Assembly (NCBI RefSeq): GCF_048593235.1
Contig: NC_133622.1
Location: forward strand, 189,689,198 to 189,753,197
Source: Sminthopsis crassicaudata
Taxonomy: Eukaryota
Direction: 5' to 3'
Length of the DNA: 64,000 nt
Translations under genes and position numbers: made by a program
Shown here: positions 1 to 13,500 of the stretch, one piece after another
Position numbering within the stretch: position 1 is the first letter of the stretch
How the letters are laid out: each line of letters opens with the position of its first letter
The notes under the pieces: model-generated
Database searches by the model: none
What the model was told of the DNA's origin: nothing
What the model saw: the letters and a program-made list of their open reading frames with translations, nothing else

Positions 1-689
1 GAAGGAGGCAAGAAAAAAAGAGAAGTTCAGACCAAGTGCCAGGAGAAATCTGAAGCTTGGAGATCATCTCTAGTGGATTAGAGATGCTTCCTGGAAGAGG
101 AGTGACATTAGAATTGTCCCTTTGAGAGCGAGAGAGACTTCAGTAAGTGGGAATGGGAGTAGGAGAAAGGACACCAAGGATAACACAGTTGAGGTCCAGA
201 TACTTAAATCCTGTGCAGGTACTTGAAAAAGGTAGAAGAAAAATGGGGAACAGGAAATAAGTTTGACAAGAATGTAAATTAAGTGAAACTGTCATCTGCG
301 ATAAATAGATTAAAGCTTGATTAGGAAGGGTCCTGAAGGCCAACCCAAGGAATTTATACTTTGTTCTACTGTCAGTATAGATGCACTACAGGTTTTTTAG
401 GTTGAAAAATGATAGAGGTTCATAAGATTTGGACCTAAATGGGACTTTTCAACCCAATGTTCTCATAATACAGAAGAAAAAAATTAGACTCTATAGAGGA
501 GAAATAATTTATTTACCAAGGTTCCATAGTTACTACAAATGGAAGAGCCGAGATTTCAAATCAAGTTTTTTGACCCCTAATCTTAGACTCTTTCTGCTAT
601 TCAAAGCTGCTTTTCATATCATAGTAAGATTTGGGAAAGACCTGAGCTTAAAAATACCAAGATGCATGCTGGGCCACTGTCAGTTATAC

Positions 690-790
690 TGACCTATCTT
701 GCCACTGAATTCTGATGACCAGAGAAAGATATTGAAGCTGATGACTTTGCACAGCCCTGCCTCACTTAAATGCATTCATTTGCAAGTCTA
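690..790 (+). mobile_element. 3' tail of an RTE-related marsupial SINE/LINE
   Basis: Tail motif gatgtcattggtcctctttgagaatgaaggatgaacaacaac resembles RTE-derived marsupial elements; boundaries approximate. Confidence 0.45.
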
Positions 791-2404
791 GACATCCCTT
801 CCTGATGTCATTGGTCCTCTTTGAGAATGAAGGATGAACAACAACGTTTCATAGTGATACATTAGGAAGATTACTCCGGGAGCATGGGTGAGCTATGGAT
901 TGTTAAGGAGAGACTAGAAAGGAGGTTATTATACTGGTCCATGGCCGGTAATAAGGCGTGGAGTTAGGGGAAGTGGAAGAGGAAGAGATGGAAAGGAGGA
1001 ATATTGTGGACACAAATCTTTCCTGTTTTTGCCTTCACCACCTTACTTCTGAATCCTGTTTTCCCAAAATTTTTTTTCAAAGCACAGTTCAAAAGCTATT
1101 TCTTCTAGAATGTCTTTTTTTGACCTCCAACTGATAGTGGCCTTGTCAATTAACTTGAATTAATTTTATTTATGTAACACATACATATGTACCTGCTATT
1201 TCATTGGATAGAATGGAAGGCAGGAGTTGTTTAATTTTTAGCTCTGCTTCCTCTGCTTCTAAGACAATGCCAAGTACATAGTAGGTGCTTAATGATTGAT
1301 TGATTTTCTTCTCAAGACATACATGAAGTTAATGATTGAACCAGGCCTGGAATGCAAGTCTTTTGACTCAGATTTACTGTGTTGTGATGCATTTATGAGA
1401 GAAAGTCCCCATCTAGCCTCATAGGCCAGGGGATGGGGTAGTAAGAGGAGAACTGGGTTTGAAATTCAAGGACCTTGATTAAAATCCAAGTTCCAACACC
1501 TACAATCCATATGATCTTTGGTGAGTCAGTTTTCGTATTGTAAAATGGTATATCTTCAAAATGAGGAGGTTTGACTGGGATTTCTCTAGGGTCCCTTCCA
1601 GCCGTGACATTCTGTGCTAAGATTCCTAGAGAGGCACAGAGTCATGTTCTAAACCATTGATCTTCAGAGTTTGTTTATAACTCCATTTCAGACCTAAGGC
1701 CATTACTACAAAGCTATCAATACAAAGCTTGTATTTCAAGGAGATTTCTGACACTGAACTCCTTGGCCTTGATGGAAATGCCTACAGTTTCACCATAAAC
1801 ACCTTCTTTATAGGGTGTGCCTGGCTTGTGTAATGGGAAACATATTTGAGCCTCCTTAGGAAAAGATGGGCACTAGATCCAAAGATAGAACATGGCTGGA
1901 ACAGTAGTGAAGGCTCTCTGTTAGTGAATCCAGTGGCCCTTCAACTTCTTCTTTGAAGAAGGGGTATGAGAATTACCAGTATTAACTTCTATGTACTATG
2001 GTGTTCATACTGGAATATAGCTCAGGAAGGCTTGGGCCAAGGGAAATAGGAAACTGAACAATGATCTGGTCCTGGCAAGGCTGGCTGTTTGCTGTGTGCA
2101 AATACCTTCCTTTCCCTAGGCTTCAATTTTCATGCCTGCAAAATGGAGGAGTTTGGCCAGATTGAAGCATCGTGGTACCTTGGAAAGAATATTATCTCTA
2201 GAGTCAGAAGACCTGGGCGTAAATCCTCCTTTGAGTCTTGCCAATTGTATAACTTTGAACAAATCACTTTAGCATCCCAAACTTCAATTTCCTTATCTGT
2301 AAAATAAAGGAGTTGGACTAGATGATCTTTGGGGTCTTTTCTATCTCTAGTTTTATGATCCTTTGCTTCTTACAGTCAATGTTCTAACATCTTTTTTTAA
2401 TTCT

Positions 2405-2965
2405 TTTTTTTTTAATTAAAGCTTTTTATTTTCAAACCATATGCAAAATCTTGCATTCCAAATATCCCCCCTCCTTCCCTCCATCCCTTCCTTTATGTGG
2501 CAAGTCCAATGTGTTAAATATGTGCAATTCTTCTGTACATATTTCCACAATTATTAAGAAAATTCAGATAAAAAAATGAGAAAGAAAACAAAATGAAAGC
2601 AAACACCACAAAAGTGAAAATACTATAACATCCTTTTTAAATAGTATTTTATTTTTCCAAATACATACAACATTCACCTTTGTAAATCCTTGTGTTCCAA
2701 ATTTTTCCTCCTCCTCAAGACAGCAAGTAATCTGATATAAATTAATCATATGCACTTCTTCTAAACATATTTCCAGATTCATCATGTTGCACAAGAAAAA
2801 TCAGATTAAAAGAAAAAAAACACAAGAAAAAATAAGCAAATAACAACAAAACAGTGAAAATACAATGCTTTGATCCATTTTGTCTCAATAGTTCTTTCTC
2901 TGGTCGTCAATGGCTCTCTCCATCACAAGTCTATGGAAACTGCCTCAAATCACTTCATTGTCTAA
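2405..2965 (-). mobile_element. Two adjacent L1 3'-UTR fragments
   Basis: Poly-T followed by the aaagctttttattttcaaa...tatgtgcaattctt...aaaagtgaaaatact motifs that recur in the other L1 tails of this window. Confidence 0.7.
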
Positions 2966-3687
2966 TATCTTTTTAAAACTTGATCATTCTGTGTTTCAAG
3001 GTTACCTTTAGAACCAATATTCTTTACTTCCAGCTCTTAGGTTTTATGTTCTGTGATTCCATTAATTAAAGGATCTGAAATACAATCAGTCTACTTTACT
3101 GGGTCTCCTAGAAACACAACTGTCACCTGTTAGGAGAAAGGGTAACCATTTGCATCTTATTATGAATTAGAGAGTTGGATGAATTAGCTGTCTCTTGGAG
3201 AGCTGACAATCCAACCTGGAGCAACTAGCTAGTCATTAGCTTTTTAAAGTGTTGCTACAGCCCAAGAGTTGAGTGAGGTTCAAAACCATAGTCCTTGCCT
3301 TTAGGAAATTTCCAGTCTGGCTGGAGAGACAAGACAACACCTGGTAAAGAAAAAGGAGAAGATAAGTATGTAATCACTAGTAGCATACATCAATATTTGT
3401 ATTTCAACACTGCCAACCATCTGCAAGATTGTCTCTGTGGATGCTTCCTTGTTTAATACCTTCTATCCTTCATGCCTTAGAAAAGGTATCCAGTTTTGTA
3501 GAGCTGGCCAAAGCCTGCTCTTTGATGCTGTCACTAGCTTTCCAGAGCTGAAAGATTGTCCCTGGTGCCATATTGAAACAGCAGAAGAGGACTTTACAGA
3601 GAAGAGTGTGTGGTGTGACCCTAAATGTTTTCTGGGATTAGGAGGAAACTGGGTCTGGGCAAGGGAAGTCATCTGTCATTATGCGAG

Positions 3688-3963
3688 NNNNNNNNNNNNN
3701 NNNNNNNNNNNNNNNNNNNNNNNNNNNNNNNNNNNNNNNNNNNNNNNNNNNNNNNNNNNNNNNNNNNNNNNNNNNNNNNNNNNNNNNNNNNNNNNNNNNN
3801 NNNNNNNNNNNNNNNNNNNNNNNNNNNNNNNNNNNNNNNNNNNNNNNNNNNNNNNNNNNNNNNNNNNNNNNNNNNNNNNNNNNNNNNNNNNNNNNNNNNN
3901 NNNNNNNNNNNNNNNNNNNNNNNNNNNNNNNNNNNNNNNNNNNNNNNNNNNNNNNNNNNNNNN
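3688..3963. other. Assembly gap (N run)
   Basis: Run of n. Confidence 1.
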
Positions 3964-4370
3964 TATCATGATATTTTAAGAAACATCAGAAATAATCACT
4001 TAATATATAAATATATATGTATTTATACTGGGTGTCCCACAACCCTTAATGTAGAGTTGAACTTTGAGTAAAATATCAGGAATGTTACATTACTATTTTA
4101 CTTAAACTTTAATAGCTTATATTTACATTTTGGTACAACCTGCCTAGTATGTGTACCAAAAACAACCAAAACCAAATTTTATTATATGTCTTTGAAGGAT
4201 GTTCTTAATGATGTTTTTACTTTTCTTCAATGTGTCCCACTTGACAGGATAGAGTTGAGGACACAATCCAATAAGATAAAGTTTAAAAGGGACTGATGCA
4301 AAATCTGACAACTGGATTAAAAAAATCCACTTTACAAGTTCAAAGTAGAGGTGGTATTAGTGATGGAGTC

Positions 4371-4837
4371 TGTTAGGATTATTAGATGAGAACTCAGGTT
4401 GTATGGACAGTGACAAGGTGAGAATTCAGGTTGTCTGGACAATTACAAGGTGAGAACTCAGGTTGACTTGACAGTTCTCTGGCTCAGACCTTTGGCTTGG
4501 GCTATTAAAGGGAGTTTACACCTTAAGAATTCTAAGAGGAGCAAGCTCATTGGTTGGAGTACTTCTTCCCAGAATCCCTTGCACTATCCCACGCCCATTC
4601 TCTGGGAGGATAAAAGAGGACACCACTCCAGAGATAGGAGAAGACTCTGTACTACATCAGGCTTGATGGGGCTCTCTGCAGGAAGGAAAGTCACTTCTCT
4701 GGACAAGAGTTAACGACAACTGCCTGGAGACAACAGTTCTCTACAGGAAGAAGAATCTGTCCGAGAGATTTGAGTTGACACAGCAGATCTCTTCCCAGAG
4801 AGCGATCGGCAGCTTCTGGAGACAACAGCACGTTACA
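4371..4837 (+). mobile_element. ERV 5' LTR (467 bp)
   Basis: TG...CA termini (TGTTAGG...CGTTACA); three tandem ~32-bp U3 repeats at 4386-4475; ATTGG box near 4550 and GATAAAA near 4609; immediately followed by a PBS. Confidence 0.85.
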
Positions 4838-4839
4838 AT

Positions 4840-4857
4840 TGGCACCCAACGTGGGGC
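4840..4857 (+). promoter_or_regulatory. Retroviral primer-binding site, tRNA-Lys(1,2) type
   Basis: TGGCACCCAACGTGGGGC matches TGGCGCCCAACGTGGGGC at 17/18 (one CpG decay) and starts 3 nt after the LTR end. Confidence 0.85.
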
Positions 4858-4964
4858 AGGACCTTTCCTTATTCTGACAAGGACTTATTCTGAGCCCTTC
4901 AGAGGAGCTAGACCTGACCATAGCAGGAGTCTTCATTTGAAAAAAGATAGTGATTCACTTGAAA

Positions 4965-5830
4965 AAGAGCTAGATACCACTACATACTTCTCAGATTGAC
5001 TAAGATGTCAGGGAAAGATAATGATAAATGTGGGCAAGGATGTGGGAAAACTGGGACACTAATACATTGTTGGTGGAGTTGTGAACTGATCCAACTTTTC
5101 TGGAAAGCAGTATGGAACTATGCCCAAAGGGCTATCAAACTATGCATATTCATTGCTCCAATAGTGTTTCTATTGGCCTGTATCCAAAGAGATCATAAAA
5201 AAGGAAAAAGGACCTACATGCACAAAAATGTTTGTGCAGCCCTTTTTGTAGTGGCAAGGCACTAGAAACTAAGTAGATGTCCATTAGCTGAATAATGGCT
5301 GAATAACTTATGGTATATGAATCCTTATGAAATATTATTATTCTATAGGCAATGACCAGCAAGATAATTTCAGAAAGGCCTGGAGAGACTCACATGAACT
5401 GATGCTAAGTGAAGTGAGTAGGATCAAGGGGCCATTGTACACAGCAACAAGAAAATTATGTAATGATCAACTCTGATGGAAGTGTCTCTTTCCAACAAGG
5501 AGGTGATTCAGGCCAGTTCCAATGGTCTTGTGATGGAGAGAGCCATCTGCATCCAGAGAGAGAGCTTTGGAGACTGAATGTGGATCACCTTTTTGGTTGT
5601 TTGCTTACCTTTTGTTTTCTTTCTCTTTTTTTTCTTTTTTGATATGATTTTTCTTGTGCAGCATAATTATGGAAATATTTATAGAAGAACTGCTTATGTT
5701 TAGCACATATTGGATTGCTTGCTCTAGGGGAGAGATGAAAGGAAGAAAAGGAGAAAAAATTTGGAATGCAAGGTTTGGTAAGAGTGAACGTTGAAAACTA
5801 TGTATATATTTTGAAAATAAAGAGCTATTT
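4965..5830 (+). mobile_element. L1 3' end (ORF2 C-terminus relic plus 3'UTR)
   Basis: Relic translation GKDNDKCGQGCGKTGTLIHCWWSCELIQLFWKAVWNYAQRAIKLCI is typical of the L1 ORF2 C-terminus; ends in AAAATAAA. Confidence 0.85.
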
Positions 5831-5834
5831 TAAA

Positions 5835-6400
5835 AGACCTGAGGTTTTAGTGGACTGTAAGCTCAATATATCCATAGCCAAAAAAGTGAAAGAATTTGGG
5901 CCTCATTGGGTTCACTTATAGCATTATGGTTTGGTCAGCCTACACCTAGAGTACTATGTACAGTTTGGGGCAACATTTTTGGAAGGACATCAATCACCCA
6001 GAGAACTTCTTCAAAAAAAGGTACAATAAGAATGGGAAGGGTCTTAGCTTCATAATACCCTAAGAGCAGAACTATGGAACAGAGGGAAGAGAAATTAATT
6101 TGAAGGCAGTGGAACTGGATTCAAACTGTCTATACTACACTAGACAAGTCATCTCAGGTCTTTTAGAACTCACTTTATTAAGCTATAAGAAGGACTAGAT
6201 AACTTGAAGGATCCCTTCCAGTGTCAACTCTATAATATTGTGAACTGGGGGTGTTTAGCCTGGGAAAGAGAAGTTCTGGACCATATGATAAGTGTCTTCA
6301 AAGGCCTGAAGACTTGTCTCACGGTATTTGTTCTGCTTGGTCCCAAAAGTCAGAGGTAGAAGCAGTGGGTGTGAGATCTTTAGGAAAGATTTAAGCTTGT
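5835..6400 (+). mobile_element. L3/CR1 relic; its 5' part lies at ~4230-4350 and it is interrupted by the LTR/L1
   Basis: gaggttttagtggactgtaagctcaat...ctagagtactatgtacagtttgggg...gtttagcctgggaaagag are CR1/L3 RT-region motifs. Confidence 0.6.
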
Positions 6401-8367
6401 TAAAGAGGCAATACTAGTGCAGGTCTCAGGACTGAGGGCCCTTCTGAGACTCTGGGGTTCTGTTTCCCCTATGAGATAATGAGATTTTTGAGGAAAGAGT
6501 CAGGTTCTGTTCTTGTTCCTCCTATTCCCCCCAATTCTCTGAGTCTGCTTGTCTCTTGCAGACTGTAAGCTCACTGAAGGCAGGCTCTAAATACATTCTT
6601 TGTCTTTGGCAGTGTAGCTTGGTACCCAGGCAGAACTCATGACATACTTGGAGTCTCCCCCATTAGAGAGTAAGCTTCTTGAGGGTAGAGAAGGTCTCAT
6701 TTTTGTGTTTAGCATAATTCTTGGCACCTAGTAAGGCATAATAAATGCTTGTTGAAGCACTGATTGATAAATGAATAAATTTGTTACTCAGAACCATTCT
6801 GAAATCAGATGGAAAATCTGAGGATTGGAAACTCTCTACCATTTTGGGGAGGTGGTGGCGTAGAAGAAGAAGGCATTGTCAGAGCAGGAAATCTACCTCA
6901 GCTGGGAAAGGGGGAGGGAGATTCTAGTCCATCAAAGCCCCTATTCAGCATAGCCTGGGCTGGCCACACGCATCTCCTAGCACTTCCCTATGCCTTAAGT
7001 TGTGGGTCGACCCGGGCCAGAATGTCTGACAATTTCTTCAGTCTGACTCTTCCCTGGGGAAAGCTAGTGCAGACCCGAAGCCTTTTGGGTGATCACTTCA
7101 GCAGACCCTCCCCCTTCCCCCAGGACCCCACACTCTGTTCCTTCTAATCGAAACAATATCGCATTATAGCTTGAGCCTTCTTGGTTCTATCTGTTTTCTC
7201 TCAAAGAGTATTTGTTTTATATCTGACATGTTTATATATGGTAACTGTTTGTTAAAGAAATCTGTCAGCGTAACTGCCTGGCCGGAAACTCTTGGCCCAA
7301 AGCCAGAAAGGCCTTCCTTGAAAACCCTTCTTCACGAGGGGACCCAGGGGTTGGATGCCTACCCAGAAAAGGGACAGTGTTAGCCTCCATGGGAAGGGCT
7401 TCATGGGAAAGAACCTGGTTTGTACTCGCTGAAGACCTGTCCAGGAGTCATCTGGGAGTGGTTCTCCCCCTCCCCAGCCCCCCAGCAAACATTCCGAGCA
7501 GGACTCACCCTTTGTCCCAAATCAGGGAACGACATTTATGAGCTGCTGCTGAATGGGACCAGAAGGTCCTTTAAGAAAGCAGAAAATATGTACAGTTTTG
7601 ATCATATCAGGGGGACATTTCCGAGAAAGAGACATCTTTGGTGTAGGATCAGGGAGGAGGAAAAGAAAATAAGGAGCCTCTCTTTTATCTGTTTTTAGGG
7701 AGCTGAGCCACCTTTTATTCTCTGGCCAGGAAAGCTTTTCAAAGACAGACACAGGGCAAAACACCGACAACAGCAGCTTGTATTTCTCCAGGACTTTGCA
7801 GTTTGTAAATTGCTCATGTTTTGTAGACACTCCCTTTTCTATAGCATTTCATGGGATGTGGAATGCTTTCTCACCTCCACTCTGTGGTGGTAATGGTGGA
7901 GAGTAAAAAGATTCCTTTTTTTCCCCCAGTGATTGAGACAATTGGAGTTTAGTGACTTGCCCAAGGTCACACAGTTAGTAAATGTTAAGTGTTTGAAGCT
8001 GGATTTAAACTCCAGTTCCTCCTGACTCCAGAGTTGGGTGCTCTATGCACTGTGTCATCTAGGTGCCCCTGAAAGGGATTATTATTATTATTATCATTTT
8101 ACAGAGCAGAAAAGAGGTGAAAAATACAAAGAGGGATGCCAGGATCCTTAGCTGGTACCATAAGTGGGCGGAGTGCTAGTTCTGGAGTTAGGAAATCCTG
8201 AGTTTAAGCACTGTCTCAATGACTTCCTAGCTATATAATCCTGGGCAAGTTACTTTACTTTTCTCAGCTTCAGCTTCTTCACAATGGGGATAAAAACAGC
8301 AAACTCCCAGGGTTGTTGTGAGAGTTGAATTAGATAATAGATGTGAAGTGCTTTGAAAACTTTAAAT

Positions 8368-8567
8368 CCATCTATCCATCCATTTGCCCATATTCCCATA
8401 TATCCATCCATTCACCCATCTATTCATCTATCCATCTCTTTCTCCACTCAACTATCCATCATCCATCCACCTATTTATCCATTAATCTACTCATCTTCCC
8501 ATCTATTCATTCATTCATTCACCTGTCATATCTCTCTCTTTCCATCCATCTTCCCATCTATTCATCC

Positions 8568-8605
<38 letters not shown>

Positions 8606-8625
8606 TTATCTATCTTTCACTATCT
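8368..8625 (+). repeat. (CCAT)n/(TATC)n compound microsatellite
   Basis: Degenerate tetranucleotide array seen directly. Confidence 0.9.
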
Positions 8626-8977
8626 CTATCTCAGTGTCTGAAAAATAGTAGACTCTTAATAAAGGTTGTAGAATGAATGAACAAACCCAGCATTTGAAAT
8701 CCAAATAACTGGACTTGAACCCTTGCTTTACTGCTTACTATCTTTGTGATTTTGGGCAAGTGCCTTTCCTACTCTGAATCTGTCTCCTCTTCTATACAAT
8801 GATTATCTGGTCATTGGACAGAGATTGGACAAGATAAATGGTCTTCCAATTCCCTTCTAGCTTTAAGTCTATTCTCTATAAACCCAGGTCTCTGGACTCT
8901 GAATCTAGAGCTCTTTTTACTATTAGTATACCACTCCCCAGAAAGTATTGTTGTTCTTTATTCATATCACCTTAAGA

Positions 8978-9237
8978 AAAGTGTGCACCCATACTTATAC
9001 CTTTGGAATCTAATACTTAATGTGCAACAAGAAAATGGTATTTACACACATATATTGTATCTGGGTTATATTGTAACACATGTAAAATGTATGGGATTGG
9101 CTGTCATCGGAGGGAGGGTGTGGAGGGAGGGGGGGATAATTTGGAAAAATGAATACAAGGGATAATATTATAAAAAAATTACTCATGCATATATACTGTG
9201 GAAAAAAATTCTAAATTAAAAAAAAAAAGTGCACCCC
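8978..9237 (+). mobile_element. 5'-truncated young L1 3' tail with poly(A) and probable TSD
   Basis: Same 3'UTR family as 10141-10520; A-tail; flanks aaaagtgtgcaccc / aaaagtgcaccc. Confidence 0.75.
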
Positions 9238-9401
9238 AGACACAGCAAAGAAATAAGATGTCACCATGGTGGATAGATCTAAGTTAGTGAGATTTGTATA
9301 TTTATAGAATTTTGCATTTGGAAAGCACCCCATGGTCATAGAAAGTTAGAGTTGAAAGAGATCTTTGGGATCATGAGAGTAGGAACAGCCAGTTTATCTG
9401 G

Positions 9402-9525
9402 TAGTATATGTCAGCTTATTTTATATTCTGCAACTTTACCCAAGTTGTTAATGATTTCAACTAGTTTTTCAGTTTATTCTCTAGGATTCTTTAAGTGTAC
9501 CTATTATATTATCTGCAAAGAATAG
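9402..9525 (-). repeat. 124-bp inverted local copy of L1 segment 11432-11554
   Basis: Hand alignment of the reverse complement shows 6 substitutions and 1 indel over 124 nt. Confidence 0.85.
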
Positions 9526-10140
9526 TATAGACGTATCCCACCATCTAACACAATTCCCTGTACTTAACAGGTGTTTAATAAATGTTGGTTGAATAAATGA
9601 AGAAACCAAGATCCAGAAAATGAAATAGATCTGTCCAAGGCAATGTAGCCATTAAGTAGCAGGGCTAAGTCTAGTAGTACCCAAATCTCTTGCTTCTCAA
9701 ATTGATGTTTCTCAGCCTTATAGAAACATTTCCACAGGAGTATTAGCATGGCATAGTATATAGTGGAAGGCATATTGGCTCTGGAACCAGGAGACTGGGG
9801 ATCCCGGCCTCATGTTCATCACTTAATGCTTCTGTGATGTTGAGCATCATTGAGGAAACAATGGAGATGTGTACGGTGGATATGAGCAGGGCTGTAACAC
9901 AACCCCAATGAGAACTCCAAACAACTGGAACGAACACTATTATTGGAGATACATACAATGGAAAAAAAGAAGATAGGCTATCATGGGGAAAAAAACAAAG
10001 ATGGATAGCCTGGTTATTTTCTACTGGTGTTCTTTGAAATGTCAAGAGAAATCATTGAAGGTTCCCAGCAAGATGAGAACCTGAAGAGAGGGCAGGAGAA
10101 GGCTAAAGGATAAAATATTTGTTAAAAAAAAACAACAACA

Positions 10141-10520
10141 ATTTTTTTTAAATTATATATATATATATATATTTTATAATATTATCCCTTGTATTCATTT
10201 TTCCAAATTACCCCCCCTCCCTCTATTCCCTCCCCCCGACGACAGGCAATACCATACATTTTACATGTGTTACAATATAGTCTAGGTACAATACATGTGT
10301 GTGAATATCATTTTCTTGTTGCACAATAAACATTAGAATCCGAAGGTACATGCAACCTGGGCAGACAGATATTAGTGCTAACAATTTACATTCACTTCCC
10401 AGTGTTTCTTCTCTGGGTGTAGCTACCTCTGTCCATCATTGATCAACTGGAAGTGAGTTGGATCTTCTTTATGTTGAAGATTTCCACTTCCATCAGAATA
10501 CATCCTCATACAGTATTGTT
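10141..10520 (-). mobile_element. 5'-truncated young L1 (3'UTR) with TSD
   Basis: Poly-T head; aacaacaacaatttt is present on both flanks. Confidence 0.85.
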
Positions 10521-10589
10521 GAACAACAACAATTTTAATGTTCAAAACTTTGTTCTGAGAAATTTTAAAAAATATTTAAAAATTAAAGC

Positions 10590-13500
10590 AATTATTAAAG
10601 ATATTTTACCCAATTATATGCCAATAAATCTAACAATCTAAGTGAAATAGATGTTTGCAAAAAATCTAAATTGCTCAGATTAACAGAAGAGGAAATAAAA
10701 TACTTAAATAATCAAGTATAAGGGAAAAAAAATTTAAAAGCTATCAATGAATTTCCTAAGACATAATCCCCAGGACCAGATAAATTCACAAGAGCATTTT
10801 ACTAAACATTTAAAGAGCAATTAATTCCAATACTATATAAACTATTTAGAAAAATAGACACAGAAAGCAATCTATTAACTTACTTTTAGGGTGCAAATAA
10901 GATGCAAATAATGGTGCTAATACTTAAACCAGGAAGAGCTAAAACAGAGAAAGATAATTTTTACCAATTTCCCTAATGAATATTTATGCAAATTTAAAAA
11001 TAAAATACAACTAATGAAATTACAACAATATATCATAATGATCTCACACTATGACCAGGAATGCAGGGTGGTTCACTATTAGGAAAACTAATAGCATAAT
11101 TGACTCTAATAAATAACAAAATCAAGAGAAATAACATAATTACAGATAAAACTTTTGACAAAATACAACATTTATTCCTATTACAAAACACTGGAGAGTA
11201 TAGAAATAAATGGGACTTTTCTTAAAATGATAAGTAGGATCTTTCTAAAACCAGCAAGAAGTATTTTCTGCAATGGGGCTAAACAAGAAACTTTTCTAAT
11301 AAGACTAGAGTAAAGCAAGAATGCTCACTATCATCATTATTATTCAATTTTGCATTAGAAATTCTAGTTATAGCAATAAGAGGAGAAAAAGAAATTGAAG
11401 GAATTAGAAAGGCAAGGAGGAAGCAAAATTTCTATTCTTTGCAGATAATATAATAGATATACTTAGAAAATCATAGAGAATAAACTGAAAACTAGTTGAA
11501 ATCATTAACAACTTGGGTAAGGTTGCAGAATATAAAATAAGCTGACATATACTATCAGCATTTCTACATGTTACTAACAAAGTCTAGCAGCAAGGGAAAA
11601 AAGAGAAATTTAACTTAAAATAACTATAGATAATATACAATACTTAGGAATATGCTTGTCAGAACAAACCCAGGAACAATATGAGCACAATTGCAAAATA
11701 ATTTTCACATAAACTTTCTTTTTTTTTTTCAGTTTAATTTTTATTTTATTTTATAATTATAACATTTTTTTGACAGTACATATGCATGGGTAATTTTTTA
11801 CAACATTATCCCTTGCACTTACTTCTATTCAGATTTTTTCCCTTCCTCCCCCAACCCCCTCCCCCAGATGGCAAGCAGCCTTATATATGTTAAATATATT
11901 ACAGTATATTCTAGATACAATATATGTGTGTAGAACCGAATTTTTTGTTGCACAGGAAGAATTGGATTCAGAAGGTAAAAATAACAGTTTACATTCATTT
12001 CCCAGTGTTCCTTTTCTGGATGTAGCTGGTTCTGTCTATCATTAATCAATTGGAATTGGATTAGCTCTTCTCTATGTTGAAGAAATCCACTTCCATCAGC
12101 ATACATCCTCATACAGTATCATTTTTCATATAAACTTTCACAGAAAATAGAAAAATATTAATTGCTTATAGATAGGCCAAGCCAATATAATAACAATGGC
12201 AATTCTACCTAATTAGTTTTCTCAGTGCCATACCAATCAAACTACCAAAATTAGTTTATAGGCCTAAGAAAAAAATCATAAACAAAAACTCACCTGGAAG
12301 AACAAAAGGTCAAGAATGTCAAGGGAATCAATAAAAATAAATGGGAAAGAGGATGGCTTAGCTGTACCAGATCTCAATTCACAAACCAAGGTAGCAATCA
12401 TTGAAATAATCTTGTGCTGGCTAAGAAATGGATCAGTGTGATAGATTAGTTTACTCATTTATTTAATATTTTAAACAGTTACATTCAAAACAATTTTTTT
12501 TACATTTTTTTTTTTTTTATTTTGAGTTCTAGGTTCTCTCCTTTATCCCCTCCCCCACAATTTGGAGACCACATATGAAGTTATGCAAAACATTTCCATA
12601 AAAGTTAACATAGATCTCCCACCCTAATGAAAATAAAAGTTGGTAGATTAGTTTAAATATTCCATACACAGTAGCAAATGATCAGAGTAATCTGGTGTTT
12701 CATAAGTCCAAAGATTCAAGCTTTTGGAACAGAAAATCAGTATTAGGAAAACTGAAAATCAATTTGGCAGAAACCAGGTGTAAACCAACATCTCACACCA
12801 TTTGCCAAGATAACAACAAAATGAGTACATGATTAAACCACAAACAACTTAGAGAAATAGTTTATCTGTCAGAGCTTTGAATAAGGTAAGAATTTATGCT
12901 CAGTCAAGACAGAGTATTATGGGATGTAAAAGTAGATATTTTTGATTATATTAAATTAAAAAGGTTTTGCAGAAACTGAACCAATGCAGCCAAGATTTGA
13001 CAGAAAGTAAAAAACTGGGGAAATTTTTTTAATGGCAAGTTTTTCTGATAAAGACCTCATTTCTCAAATATATATGTAGAATCAAATCAAATTTATAAGG
13101 ATACAAGCCATTCCCCAAATGATAAATGGTCAAAGGATAAGAACAGGTAGTTTGCAGAAGTAGAAATCAGTTATAGTTATATAAAACTATTCTGTTTTTC
13201 TATTATATTTATATATAGAATATAAATATATTCTTTATTTATATAAAAATATAATCACTATTGATTAGAGGAATACAAATTAAAACAATTCTGAGGTATC
13301 ACCTCTCACCTATCAGATTGGCTAAAATAGCAGAAGAGGAAAATGACAAATGATGAAGAGGATGTGGAAAAACTGGGACACTAATGTAGTGAACTTCTCT
13401 AGCCATTCTGGAGATCAATTTGGAACTATACTCAAAAGGCTATAAAACTGTGCGTTCTCTTTGAACCAGCAATACTACTACTAAATATGTATACCAAATA

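Noticed and set aside
3437-4071. Long ORFs in the ORF track, also at 29412-30135, 42627-43040, 46757-47064 and 59533-59919
   Set aside because: Artefacts of translating through N gaps
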